64,000 bases of DNA from an uncultured Ignavibacteria bacterium (GTDB lineage Bacteria; Zixibacteria; MSB-5A5; SM1-73), in NCBI GenBank assembly GCA_964580215.1, contig CAZOJT010000013.1, positions 1,268-65,267 on the forward strand, given 5' to 3'. A program made the translations under genes and the position numbers. The notes beneath the pieces are model-generated. The model did not search any database, had not been told where the DNA came from, and saw nothing but the letters and a program-made list of their open reading frames with translations. How positions within the stretch are numbered: position 1 is the stretch's first letter; the number at the start of each line of letters is the position of its first letter. Shown one piece after another: positions 20,284 through 30,246 of this stretch.

Positions 20284-20308
20284 CAATTGCCATCTTAGTT
20301 TAAATTAT
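20280..20308 (+). promoter_or_regulatory. Putative sigma70 promoter for the RM gene (TTGACA-17-AATTAT, second TTGACA downstream)
   Basis: Read directly in the AT-rich spacer between purF and the RM gene. TTGACA at 20280-20285 overlaps the purF stop codon. Confidence 0.3.
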
Positions 20309-20366
20309 ATTGACATATATTTAATATATATAAATTTACCTAAAACTGAAGCTAAGCAAAATAAAT

Positions 20367-23300
20367 ATGCCTCTCACCGAACCAGAATTCAATGCCAAAG
20401 TCGTAGGGCTGATGAATCAAATCATCAGAGAGAAAGGCTTGGGTTTTGAAGAAGCTCGCATGGGCACCAGCCTGAAGATGACTGATGAAACCACCAAGTT
20501 CCCGGATGGGGTCATCTGGAAGAACAAGTCTACCAAAAGAGCATCTCTCCTTTTTGAGATAAAAAATCCAAGCTGGGATGCCTCCAATATTAAATTGGTC
20601 GACCAAGCTGGCACGAAAGCTTACGAATTAGGTACAAAATATTTTGCGACTTGGAACATGAGAGATTTTATCCTCTGGGAAACTTTCCGCGAAGGAGTCC
20701 CCTTATATGACAGACATAAAGAATGGTACAAAAACATAATCCTCGTAAAAGATATAAGTCAAGTAGACAGAAAAGAGAACTGGGAGAAAATCAAGAAATT
20801 TTTAGATAAGTTCTTAGATGCTCTAAATCAGGATATATTTAGACGAAGGAGGGTGTTTGTTGGTCTTCCAATAGATCAATTCTTTATAAGAAAGCTAGAC
20901 GCCAATGTAGATATCAACACGCGGGTTTTTTCCATAGCTTTAAAGCAGAAATGTACAGAAGATAAGAATTACTATCGACAGCTATGCAAATGGATTTGGG
21001 ATCAAGGTTGGCATCCTGATCTAAAGAAAAAAGCACAGGATACAGATCATTTTCTGTATGAGAGAATCGCTCGTGTTGCCGCGTATACCTTAGCTAACAA
21101 GATTCTATTCTATAATGTTCTTCGCACAGAACACCAAGAACTTGAGCCTATCCAGACTGAAAGGATTAAAGAGAGTCCAGACCTAAACCAGATTCTAAAA
21201 AAGCATTTCCAAGACGTCTTAAGAATCAATTATGATACCATTTACAAGATAGATATTTTCGATGACCTGAGAGTGCCAGATAATTGTTTAGAGCAAATGA
21301 TTAGGTTTCTGGATGATTTTGACAAATACGATTTCAAAGGGGTTAATTATGAGATATTGGGGCAGGTTTATGAGGATTTGATCCCCGGAACTGAAAAGCA
21401 CGAGATGGGTCAATATTTCACGCCTCCTTCGACCGTGGATCTGATTAACAGCTTCTGCATTCAGAAGCCCAATGATGTGATTTTAGATTTGGGCTGTGGC
21501 GCTGGAACTTTTCTGGTCAGAGCCCACGCTCGATTAAAGTATCTGAAGAAGAAAAAGACTCATAGAGAACTTCTGGAACAACTTTGGGGCGTTGACAAGG
21601 CTTCTTTCCCCGCTCATTTAGCCCAAATCAATTTGGTCCTGCCAGGTTTGTCCAAGACGGAAAATTTTCCCTACATAGAAAATAAGGATGCTTTTGACAT
21701 CAAACCCCAAGAGACCTATTTTGAGGTCCCCTATCACCGGGGAATAAAGCATGAATATAAGAAGATTTCAATGAAAACAGCAAAAGTGAAAATCCCGGAC
21801 ATGGATGCAGTGGTTGGCAATCCTCCATATATCCGACAGGAGAAACTCGCAGAGGAAGATAAAGAGCACATAAGAAAAGCAGTGGAAAAAGATTGGGGAA
21901 ACTTTAGACTTACCAGCCAAACCGGTCTTTCTATAAGCAGGCAAGCAGACATCTACGTTTATTTCTTCATTCACGCTGCCAGATTTCTAAAGGAAGGTGG
22001 TCGTTTAGGATTCGTGACCTCCAATTCCTGGCTGGATGTCAGATACGGAGCAGGATTGCAAAAATTCTTTTTGGACAACTTCAAGATCATCGCTATCATT
22101 GAGAGCAAAGTAGAGAGGTCTTTTGCCAAAGCGGATATCAATACTGCCATCACCATTATCGAACGTTGTTCTGACAAGAGAAAGAGAGATAACAACACCG
22201 TCAAGTTTGTGGTCTTGAAGGAGAAAATGGACACCCTCATCCCCAAAGACGGAGATAGGGATAGATTTTTGGTTTGTGAAAAATTGATCTCCAAAATTAC
22301 CCGTAGCAGAAAACTATATGAAGATTCTCAAATCAGAGTGCTTCCTAAAAAGCAAAAAGAACTGTATCGAGAAGGAATTGAAGATAATGTCTATGTTGGG
22401 TCAAAATGGGGCGGAAAATATCTGAGAGCGCCGGATATTTTCTTCAAGATTCTGGAGAAAGGGGAAGACTTATTTGTCCCCTTGAAGGATGTAGCCGAGG
22501 TTAGAAGAGGCTTTACTACAGGAGCAAATGATTTCTTCTACTTGACGGAAGAGCAGATCAAAGCCCACATGATAGAGGATAAGTTTTTAGAACCAGTGAT
22601 GAGAACACCAAGAGAAAATGACTGCATTTTAATTGACCCACGTAATTTAAAATTCAAGGTTTTGCTGGTGCACAAGGACAAAAGAGAATTAAAAGGCACA
22701 AATGTATTGAAGTATATCTACTGGGGTGAACTAAAAGAATATGATCAAAGATCAACTTGTCGTTCAAGAGCGAGATGGTATAGTTTACCGGCACCTCGAA
22801 ATGCAAAGATTGCTTGGAGTATGATTCACGCCCACCGACATGTTGTCTTTTATAACAAGTTCGGTTGTCAACTAGATCACAATTTTTTTGAAATTTTACC
22901 AAAAAAGAAACGGTATACGACAATTTTTTTGGCCCAATTAGTGTCTACAATTTCTATGCTAACAAAAGAACTTTTTGGGCGCCAATATGGCGGTGGTAGC
23001 GGCCCAATTAAAACAGAGGGAATCGACATAGAAAAACTACTTGTAATACGCCCCGAGAAAATTCAAACCAAGATGAAACAAAAAATTAGACAAGCCTTTG
23101 ATGTCCTTACTCATCGTCCGATTCAAGTGGTATTTGAAGAGGTTAAGCAAAAAGATCGGCAACAATTGGACAACATCTTTTTTGATATTTTAGGCTTGAC
23201 TAAATACGAAAGACAGCAGGTCTATGACGCGGTTTGTGAATTAGTCAGGAATAGATTAGAGAAGGCTAAAACATTTGGAAAAAAGAACACGAACAAAAAA

Positions 23301-23732
23301 GAGGAGTTTAATCCTTCCTCTTATGCAGACCACATCTTAGAGGAAGTTTTCTTGGCGCAAGAAAAAAAGGAATTCCCAAAAGATTTCACAGAACCATCTT
23401 GGGAGACTTTCGCTATTCAACTGCCCAAGATCGAACCAAAAGGTAAATTAACCATCGAGGAATTCTTCGGGAAAGCAAGCTTAAGAATAGACGGTGAGAC
23501 GATCGATTGCCAAACTACACCAAAAGCAAATTTTGTGGAGTTAGCAATAGAAAAAGGCGTTAGAGATCAAGTTGCTGTTCCTGCGGATGACAAGAATTGC
23601 ATTAAGGCAATCAGAGGTTATTTGAATTACCGCAAGATTATCCAGGCACAGATCGAAGACACCATGAAAATGTTTAATTTGACCAAAAAGCAAACCAAAG
23701 CTGTTCTTTTGGAAATGGAGAACAGATTCTAA
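20367..23732 (+). CDS. Single-chain Type IIG/IIL restriction-modification enzyme (MmeI/Eco57I-like): N-terminal PD-(D/E)xK nuclease fused to an N6-adenine DNA methyltransferase and a C-terminal specificity region
   Basis: The first ~110 aa carry a PD…EIK arrangement (FPDGVIW…LLFEIKNP). The central region has motif I DLGCGAGTFLV and motif IV VVGNPPYIRQ (NPPY, gamma-class amino-MTase). A long C-terminal region of ~550 aa fits a target-recognition domain. The gene has lower GC than its flanks. Confidence 0.6.
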   Translation: MPLTEPEFNAKVVGLMNQIIREKGLGFEEARMGTSLKMTDETTKFPDGVIWKNKSTKRASLLFEIKNPSWDASNIKLVDQAGTKAYELGTKYFATWNMRDFILWETFREGVPLYDRHKEWYKNIILVKDISQVDRKENWEKIKKFLDKFLDALNQDIFRRRRVFVGLPIDQFFIRKLDANVDINTRVFSIALKQKCTEDKNYYRQLCKWIWDQGWHPDLKKKAQDTDHFLYERIARVAAYTLANKILFYNVLRTEHQELEPIQTERIKESPDLNQILKKHFQDVLRINYDTIYKIDIFDDLRVPDNCLEQMIRFLDDFDKYDFKGVNYEILGQVYEDLIPGTEKHEMGQYFTPPSTVDLINSFCIQKPNDVILDLGCGAGTFLVRAHARLKYLKKKKTHRELLEQLWGVDKASFPAHLAQINLVLPGLSKTENFPYIENKDAFDIKPQETYFEVPYHRGIKHEYKKISMKTAKVKIPDMDAVVGNPPYIRQEKLAEEDKEHIRKAVEKDWGNFRLTSQTGLSISRQADIYVYFFIHAARFLKEGGRLGFVTSNSWLDVRYGAGLQKFFLDNFKIIAIIESKVERSFAKADINTAITIIERCSDKRKRDNNTVKFVVLKEKMDTLIPKDGDRDRFLVCEKLISKITRSRKLYEDSQIRVLPKKQKELYREGIEDNVYVGSKWGGKYLRAPDIFFKILEKGEDLFVPLKDVAEVRRGFTTGANDFFYLTEEQIKAHMIEDKFLEPVMRTPRENDCILIDPRNLKFKVLLVHKDKRELKGTNVLKYIYWGELKEYDQRSTCRSRARWYSLPAPRNAKIAWSMIHAHRHVVFYNKFGCQLDHNFFEILPKKKRYTTIFLAQLVSTISMLTKELFGRQYGGGSGPIKTEGIDIEKLLVIRPEKIQTKMKQKIRQAFDVLTHRPIQVVFEEVKQKDRQQLDNIFFDILGLTKYERQQVYDAVCELVRNRLEKAKTFGKKNTNKKEEFNPSSYADHILEEVFLAQEKKEFPKDFTEPSWETFAIQLPKIEPKGKLTIEEFFGKASLRIDGETIDCQTTPKANFVELAIEKGVRDQVAVPADDKNCIKAIRGYLNYRKIIQAQIEDTMKMFNLTKKQTKAVLLEMENRF

Positions 23733-23818
23733 CCCAAATCGTCCGACACTGGGCCGGACGCTATATTTTCCTTATTGTCTTCACCTAATTCATACCCTTT
23801 TTTCATAGGATAGAAGCT

Positions 23819-24301
23819 TTGAACTCCAAAATGTTTTCCTTCATTCAAGCAAGACAGACCCAGCGTTTTGTAAAATTCGGACTGGTCGGAACCTGGGGAT
23901 TTCTGGTTAATATGTTTTTCTTGTGGTTTCTGACCGAGAAAGTAGGGGTTTATTATCTTTTCTCCAGCATCGTGGCAATTGAGATATCGCTTTTAAATAA
24001 CTACGTGCTGAACGATCTGTGGACCTGGCATGATCGGGGAAAAGAGGGAAAAAAAGAATACTTCAAAAGAATGCTTCAGTACCATGTTTCTGCCAGCGCC
24101 GCCACGATGACGAATCTCGTGGTTTTATGGATTTTGACTGAGCTTTTCGACATATATTATTTGGCTTCCAACATCTTTGGTATTTTGTGCGGTACCCTGT
24201 TAAACTTCTTTATCAATGACCGCTGGACCTTCAAACACAAAAAGGAATTGTCAGCGGAATCTTTAGAAATGCCAAATGGCGGGCATGCCCGACAAGATTA
24301 G
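23819..24301 (+). CDS. GtrA-family membrane protein (polyprenyl-phosphate-sugar flippase-like)
   Basis: 160 aa with four TM helices and an N-terminus (FVKFGLVGTWGFLVN) typical of GtrA. Confidence 0.55.
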   Translation: MNSKMFSFIQARQTQRFVKFGLVGTWGFLVNMFFLWFLTEKVGVYYLFSSIVAIEISLLNNYVLNDLWTWHDRGKEGKKEYFKRMLQYHVSASAATMTNLVVLWILTELFDIYYLASNIFGILCGTLLNFFINDRWTFKHKKELSAESLEMPNGGHARQD

Positions 24302-24315
24302 CGTTTAGGCGGGAT

Positions 24316-24356
24316 ATGCGTATGCTCGTATGAGTGCATACGCACATTCATACGAA
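24316..24356. repeat. Nested palindromic repeat (family gcgtatgc-tcgtatgagt-gcatacgc…cattcatacgaa)
   Basis: The sequence atgcgtatgctcgtatgagtgcatacgcacattcatacgaa has at least 12 related copies in the window. Confidence 0.8.
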
Positions 24357-24470
24357 AATTCCCGTCTCTATGGGAGGATTATCTTCTCACCCATAGGGCA
24401 GGGCATTCAGCCCTGCCACAAGATTCTCGGTCGTTCATTAATTACGGGTTAGGCTAAAACCTAACACTCC

Positions 24471-25697
24471 ATGCTTTCTGTTTTCTTAATGCGAATATCT
24501 GAACTGAAGAAAAAAGACTATTTCAGGATAGCCTTATATGTGATTCTTATAATCGTCATGCTCGGCTTTTTTCGGAATACCCTGCGAAAAGGTATGAGCG
24601 ACTTCAAGGTGGTTCATCGTGCCGCCACAAGAGTCCTAAATCAGGAAAACCTTTATAATTTTGATGATGGTCATTATCTTTATAAATATTCGCCCTCTTT
24701 CGCTGTCATGGTCGCTCCGCTGGGGCTTCTTCCTCTCTTTCCAGCCCAGATAGTATGGCTTGCTGGAATGTGCATTTGTCTGTTCTTTATCATGAAGTGG
24801 AGCAAAAAGATGATTTTGGGGGATAAATCACCTCCCCCCTATTTATACCTTCTGACCTTGCTTTTCACCTCGAAATTCATAGTGCGGGAGTTTTGGCTGG
24901 GACAGACAGACTTTTTGATGCTTCTTTTCATCTTCCTGTTTATTTTGTCCACTGATCGAGGAAAAGAATTAAAAGCGGGGGGCTTTCTTGCCTTATCGGT
25001 CATGATTAAACCTACCCCTCTGATCCTTGTGCCATACCTTTTGTATAGGAAAAAATTCAAACTGATCGGCTATCTCGCCATAACGTGTGCTGTCTTTCTT
25101 TTTGTTCCTTTATTCGTTTATGGAATTCCCGACAGTCTGAATCTGCTTTCTGGTTGGAAAACCGTCTTGTCGGCTTCATCTCCCCCACTTTTGGCTGCGG
25201 ATGTTAATCAGTCTTTGTTCGGCTTCTTTTATCGCTTTCTGACACCCGCTCCTTTTCAGGTCAACATCCTGAATCTGAATTATACCGTGGTAAATTTACT
25301 AATATATGCCACGGCAGTAGGTTTGTTTCTATTTCTTCTTTTCTTAAACCAAAGATTGAAATTTGTGGAAAACAGTTTCGTGCATCGGCGAGAATGTATA
25401 GAATACTCACTTCTTCTAATTTTTATGACGCTTTTTTCACCTCTGGGTTGGTTTCAAAATTATTCCTCATCCATTCTGGCTTACATGCTTCTTCTATATT
25501 ATGTTTTAAAGACCGGACTTGAAAATCGTTTTGTCTTTATACTACTGATGCTATCCTTCCTTCTGGTAGATGCTATCAATTTCGAGACTGTGGGACGAAA
25601 GATTAACGATCTCTCTTTGTATTTCTCCTTCATCACTTTCGGGATCTTCCTGGTGATAATTTGCCTTTCTAAATTAAGGCTATCCAAAATTGCTTAA
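24471..25697 (+). CDS. Polytopic membrane protein, possible GT-C-type glycosyltransferase (DUF2029/GT87-like)
   Basis: 408 aa with about 10-12 TM helices and short loops. It lies in a glycosylation gene context. No catalytic motif was verified. Confidence 0.3.
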   Translation: MLSVFLMRISELKKKDYFRIALYVILIIVMLGFFRNTLRKGMSDFKVVHRAATRVLNQENLYNFDDGHYLYKYSPSFAVMVAPLGLLPLFPAQIVWLAGMCICLFFIMKWSKKMILGDKSPPPYLYLLTLLFTSKFIVREFWLGQTDFLMLLFIFLFILSTDRGKELKAGGFLALSVMIKPTPLILVPYLLYRKKFKLIGYLAITCAVFLFVPLFVYGIPDSLNLLSGWKTVLSASSPPLLAADVNQSLFGFFYRFLTPAPFQVNILNLNYTVVNLLIYATAVGLFLFLLFLNQRLKFVENSFVHRRECIEYSLLLIFMTLFSPLGWFQNYSSSILAYMLLLYYVLKTGLENRFVFILLMLSFLLVDAINFETVGRKINDLSLYFSFITFGIFLVIICLSKLRLSKIA

Positions 25698-25863
25698 GAC
25701 CTATTTGAGTATACATTTATGAATCCCCTGGCTGGTAGGAACCATAGTGTTCATATCAGCCCAAAAGCAAACCAGGTTTTGTTTTTCTTTACAGAAGACT
25801 TACCTCTCTGCCGATAATAAAACCAGTTGCCAGTCAATAGTCATAAGTCACCAGTAATTCGTC

Positions 25864-27285
25864 ATGCGTTATCAGTCATTCGTGATTGAATTAGGGGGGA
25901 ATATGGACAAGGCTAAGATCTTGGTGGTTGACGATGAGGAGTCGATGTGCAAGTTCATGGAGATCATGCTGAAAAAGGAGGGCTATCAGGTCATCACCAG
26001 CCAGGATGCCTCCACCGCATTAGAGCGAGTCAAAAGTGAAACCTATGATCTGGTGATTGCCGATCTGATGATGCCGAAGATGAGCGGACTGGAGCTTCTC
26101 TCCCAGGCCAAATCCATCAATCCGGATCTTGACTTTATCGTGATGACCGCATTTGCCTCCGTGGACTCCGCCATTGAAGCATTAAAAAAAGGTGCTTTTG
26201 ACTATATAACCAAGCCCTTCCGGGTGGATGAGATAAAGATCGCGGTAAGGAAATCTTTAGAACAAAAAAAGATCGTTCGGGAAAATATTAAACTGAAGAA
26301 GGAACTTCAGACCAAATCCGATTTCGATTCTTTTATCGGTAATAGTCTGGAAATAACCAAGCTGAAAAAGATGTCGGAGAGGATCGCCAGATCCGATTCG
26401 ACCGTTTTGATCGAAGGTGAATCGGGCACCGGCAAGGAGCTGATCGCCAGAGCCATCCATTACCACAGCCCCAGATCGGACAAACCCTTCGTCACCATAA
26501 ACTGTGCCGCCCTTCCGGAAAACCTTCTGGAAAGTGAGTTGTTTGGACATGTGAAAGGATCATTCACCGGAGCCATCAAGGACAAGGAGGGACTGTTCAA
26601 AGTGGCGGACGGTGGAACGTTCTTTTTAGACGAGGTGGGAATGACCTCGCCCGCAATTCAGGCAAAACTATTGAGAGTTCTGGAGGAGAAAGAGATGACC
26701 CCGGTGGGAGGCACCGCTCCCATCAAAGTGGACGTGCGCTTAATCGCCGCCACCAATGCCGATTTAGAGCAAGAGGTGAAATCAGGAAACTTCAGGGCAG
26801 ATCTTTATTATCGCCTGCATGTTATACCCATAAGGATTCCTCCTCTGCGCCAAAGAAAGGACGACATCAAGCTTCTTTCCGCCTATTTTGTCAGAAAATA
26901 CTGTCAGAAGATGCAAATAGAGGAAAAGAACATCACCGATGAGGCTATGAACCGATTGCTCTCCAACAAATGGCCCGGCAATGTGAGAGAGCTGGAAAAC
27001 GCCCTCGAACACGCGGTTTTGCTGTCCAAAAGTAATCAGATAACCACAGAAGACCTTCCTCAAAAGATAAAAGAGGAGAAGGAGATTGACTTGGTCACAG
27101 AAGCGCAGCCAACTGCTCCTGCACTGGAAATCATAGAAAAAGCTTATATCTTCTGGGTGTTGAATCAGACCGGTTGGCAGAAAAGCAAAGCCTCTTCAGT
27201 TCTGGGGATAGACTCATCCACCTTATATAGAAAGATAGAGAAGTATAAATTAAAATCACCCGCCTCCTCTGTTGGTGAACTCTAA
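25864..27285 (+). CDS. Sigma54-dependent NtrC-family response regulator (receiver-AAA+-Fis HTH)
   Basis: Receiver domain (ILVVDDEE…D), an AAA+ domain with GESGTGKELIARAIH and GSFTGA (GAFTGA variant), and a C-terminal HTH. The true start is likely the ATG at 25903 (MDKAKILVVDD), which has an upstream GGGGGG RBS. Confidence 0.85.
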   Translation: MRYQSFVIELGGNMDKAKILVVDDEESMCKFMEIMLKKEGYQVITSQDASTALERVKSETYDLVIADLMMPKMSGLELLSQAKSINPDLDFIVMTAFASVDSAIEALKKGAFDYITKPFRVDEIKIAVRKSLEQKKIVRENIKLKKELQTKSDFDSFIGNSLEITKLKKMSERIARSDSTVLIEGESGTGKELIARAIHYHSPRSDKPFVTINCAALPENLLESELFGHVKGSFTGAIKDKEGLFKVADGGTFFLDEVGMTSPAIQAKLLRVLEEKEMTPVGGTAPIKVDVRLIAATNADLEQEVKSGNFRADLYYRLHVIPIRIPPLRQRKDDIKLLSAYFVRKYCQKMQIEEKNITDEAMNRLLSNKWPGNVRELENALEHAVLLSKSNQITTEDLPQKIKEEKEIDLVTEAQPTAPALEIIEKAYIFWVLNQTGWQKSKASSVLGIDSSTLYRKIEKYKLKSPASSVGEL

Positions 27286-27310
27286 CAAAAGAAGCTTCAA
27301 AAGAAAAGAT

Positions 27311-27470
27311 ATTTTGTCTTTGTAGTTGCCCAATTCATTGGGCTTTATGAGGCTCGATCCTTCGACAGGCTCAGGATGCCATAAATCGAGCGACTACAGT
27401 TTCGTAGTTGCCCGATTCATTGGGCTTTATGTAGCTCGATAAATCGAGCAACTACAATTTTTATGCGCTA
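27311..27470. repeat. Two tandem copies of the repeat family gtagttgcc-(c/t)gattcattgggctttatg…gcaactaca
   Basis: Related copies occur at 37990-38105 and 44795-44865. They have inverted termini attgtagttgc…gcaactacaat. Confidence 0.7.
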
Positions 27471-27484
27471 TTGATATTTGCCCG

Positions 27485-29452
27485 ATGGGAAAAAATTCAA
27501 ACCAGACAAAATACTCCGAGCAAAGGAAGAAGAGACTATTTACGACTGAAAATGCGCTTTGTGCTTCCGTGTTCCTCTTCTTCTTTGCAGTTTACACCAT
27601 AACATTGTGTCCCACCGTTTTCTGGTGGGACTCAGGGGAGTTGATTGCCAACATCGCGGTCTTGGGAATACCCCATCGCCCCAGCTTTCCCATTTACGTG
27701 CTTTTAGGTAAACTTTTCTCCTTTCTCCCCTTCTGGAGTTTTGCCTTAAAGGTGAATTTTCTCTCCGGCCTCTTTGCTTCTTTTTCACTGGCAATCTTTT
27801 GTAAGATTTTTCTCAAGAGTGCTAACCTGTTTTTCCCGGAAATGGCTAAAAAGAGGGGATTGGTTCTGGCTTCAGGTTTCTTTTTTCTTTTAGTTTTTGG
27901 GTTTACCTATTCGTTCTGGATTCAGGCGGTAAGGGCAGAAGTTTATTCTTTGAATGTTCTTTTCTTTTCCCTGCTTTTGTTTTCAAGCATTTTATACCTT
28001 AAGGATGGAAAGCTGAAATATATCTATCTTTTTTTCTTCCTTTTAGGATTGGGTCTGGGAAATCATCATCTTAGTTTATTATCATCCACTCCCGCTTTGT
28101 TCTTCCTTCTCTTGTGTTCATCCGCTCACAATGAATCCGTCATTCGTCATTCGTCATTCGTCATAAATCTCAAAAGATCTCTTTTATGCACTTTACTTTT
28201 CTTATTCGGTTTAAGCATCTATCTTTATCTTCCCATCCGCTCCCTATCCCAACCAACCTTAGCTTGGGGTGAGGTCAAATCCATTTCCTCGTCTGCAAAT
28301 TCCATCTTTGCCCTCGACACCATTAAGAATCTGAATCTGGAGTTTTTGTCAGATATTACTACCACGATGTCACAGATACTTTTACTTATCTCTGATCAAC
28401 TCACTCTCTTATGTTTCACCATCAGCCTTCTGGGGCTTTTTCTACTTTTCAGGCATAACCGCAAGCTTTTGACTTTTCTACTATTGTTGATAGGAGGCAA
28501 CTGTGCGGTGGTGATATTTATGACCACGGAGTTTATATCCACCAATCCCGATCTACATGGCTATTTAATTTTCTCCATCTTCGCTCTGGCTTTCTCTTAT
28601 GGTATAGGTGTCTTCTTTATATTAAATAATATTCGTCATTCGTCATGGTTCGACTTTGCTCACCACAAGTCCGCCATCCGTCATCTTTTTTTGATCGTTT
28701 TTGGAGCGATTTCCCTCATTCCTATGTTTAAACACTATCCGGAGGCGAATCTATCCAACAATCGGATTGCCCATAATTACGGCTTGAGTGTTATCTCCGA
28801 TCTGGATTCTAACTCGGTCGTTTTCGCGGACAACGTCAATTTGAATTTCATCTTGAGGGAACTTCGCTATGCAGAAGGACTAAGAAAAGATGTAACCGTT
28901 CTTGATCGTGGTCTTTTGAGCTTTAACTGGTATGTGACACAAAAAAGAAATGAGCAAAAAGTCCTCTTCTCAGGTATTCCGGGGAGCTTAATTGGTGAGC
29001 CTCTGTTTGAAGCGCTTCTAAAAAGATGCCAAGATTCAGAGAAGCCCACATATATCGAATTCACTGAAAGGGATTCAAATCTGGTGAACCATCTCATTCC
29101 CAGAGGATATGTTTTTAAAATAAGCAAGACACGAATTGGTCAACTTTCGGAAAGGGTTCTACTATCTCAGAAAAGATGGGAACATGATGGTCCCTTCGAT
29201 CCACAGGATGAGGTGTTTCAAAGAGACTGGGATACTAAAAGGGTGTTTGCTCTTTCTTTTTATCGATTAGGGCTTTTCTATGAATGGAAGGGGATGACCT
29301 CCTTTGCTCTGGAAAAATTCGCACAGGTCAGAAAGATCGACCCGGGAAATAAGGAACTCATCCTGAAGATCGAGCATTTGGAGACGATAAAGAGATTATC
29401 GGAGAGTTCTGAGGCGGGTTCTTTTCCATCTCCAGGAAAACCTCTTAGATGA
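27485..29452 (+). CDS. DUF2723/PMT-like (TMEM260-type) GT-C glycosyltransferase with a C-terminal TPR domain, copy 1
   Basis: The first loop carries WWDSGE (the DxE/DSGE acceptor motif of PMT/ArnT-like GT-C enzymes). About 11 TM helices follow. A large C-terminal soluble region has TPR-like repeats. There is a paralog at 31111-33126. Confidence 0.55.
   Translation: MGKNSNQTKYSEQRKKRLFTTENALCASVFLFFFAVYTITLCPTVFWWDSGELIANIAVLGIPHRPSFPIYVLLGKLFSFLPFWSFALKVNFLSGLFASFSLAIFCKIFLKSANLFFPEMAKKRGLVLASGFFFLLVFGFTYSFWIQAVRAEVYSLNVLFFSLLLFSSILYLKDGKLKYIYLFFFLLGLGLGNHHLSLLSSTPALFFLLLCSSAHNESVIRHSSFVINLKRSLLCTLLFLFGLSIYLYLPIRSLSQPTLAWGEVKSISSSANSIFALDTIKNLNLEFLSDITTTMSQILLLISDQLTLLCFTISLLGLFLLFRHNRKLLTFLLLLIGGNCAVVIFMTTEFISTNPDLHGYLIFSIFALAFSYGIGVFFILNNIRHSSWFDFAHHKSAIRHLFLIVFGAISLIPMFKHYPEANLSNNRIAHNYGLSVISDLDSNSVVFADNVNLNFILRELRYAEGLRKDVTVLDRGLLSFNWYVTQKRNEQKVLFSGIPGSLIGEPLFEALLKRCQDSEKPTYIEFTERDSNLVNHLIPRGYVFKISKTRIGQLSERVLLSQKRWEHDGPFDPQDEVFQRDWDTKRVFALSFYRLGLFYEWKGMTSFALEKFAQVRKIDPGNKELILKIEHLETIKRLSESSEAGSFPSPGKPLR
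28137..28164 (+). repeat. Heptanucleotide tandem repeat (cgtcatt)x4 inside the DUF2723 CDS
   Basis: The sequence ccgtcattcgtcattcgtcattcgtcat was read directly. A second 2-copy tract (attcgtcattcgtcat) lies at 28631-28646. Confidence 0.8.
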
Positions 29453-29629
29453 ACTCTTTCTTGAGTCGTAGAATTAAGCAAAAAAGGGGGGGGGGACGGT
29501 GATTGCATTTTGCAAGGATTCAGGTAAAAACCTCGATACACAAACATCTGCTCAAAAACCGATCCAACTCTTTCCTCCTGTCCGAAAACACCTTAGTGAT
29601 TATAGTTCAGGATTGCATGATTTTTGTAG

Positions 29630-30094
29630 TTGTTAAACTTAAAGAGACCATTTATGAGATCAAAAAAGCATTGGCGGAATAAAGGCTTTACTTTGATCGA
29701 GCTGATGATCGTGGTAGTCATCATCGCCATCCTGGCGGCGATGGCTATTCCCCGTTTCATGCGTACTTCGGTGAAAACCAAGCAGACCGAGGCAAGACTA
29801 ATCTTGAAGCAGATTTATACCATGGAAAGAGCTTACCGGCAGGAAAAGGACAGCTACTACCCGGGTGACGGAAGCACCATTGTTGCTCAACCTGGAGGAG
29901 CCTTCGCTGCTTTATATGTGGAGATCATGACTCCGGCTTATTATAGTTACTCAATTTCCGGAGACGCCTCATCCTTTTCAGCCACCGCTGGGTCCAAAAG
30001 CGCCACCGGGCTGGATGGTGACCCTACTTTAGATGTCTGGACCATAGACCAAACCGGTAATCTGACCTGCGTCACTGATGACTCTGAAGACTGA
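29630..30094 (+). CDS. Type IV pilin / pseudopilin (prepilin-type N-terminal cleavage/methylation domain), copy 1
   Basis: Contains …NKGFTLIELMIVVVIIAILAAMAIPRF, which is the G/FTLIE class III signal plus a hydrophobic helix. The true start is probably MRSKKHWRNKG at ~29654. Confidence 0.75.
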   Translation: MLNLKRPFMRSKKHWRNKGFTLIELMIVVVIIAILAAMAIPRFMRTSVKTKQTEARLILKQIYTMERAYRQEKDSYYPGDGSTIVAQPGGAFAALYVEIMTPAYYSYSISGDASSFSATAGSKSATGLDGDPTLDVWTIDQTGNLTCVTDDSED

Positions 30095-30246
30095 ACAGGA
30101 GGAAACCAAACACAGCGTTTTGCAAAAAGACAAGCAAAATACTCTAAGAAAAGGTGTTGAATAGAGGAGCATCAAGTTTTAAACAGTTAAATTATCCTAT
30201 TTTAAGATAAGAACTTAGAAGAGGAAAAACACAGGTAAATAACAAA

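Noticed and set aside
25864-25902. Upstream extension of the sigma54 regulator (MRYQSFVIELGGN)
   Set aside because: The ATG at 25903 (MDKAKILVVDD) aligns with receiver-domain starts and has a GGGGGG RBS. The extension overlaps the attcgtcat motif cluster.
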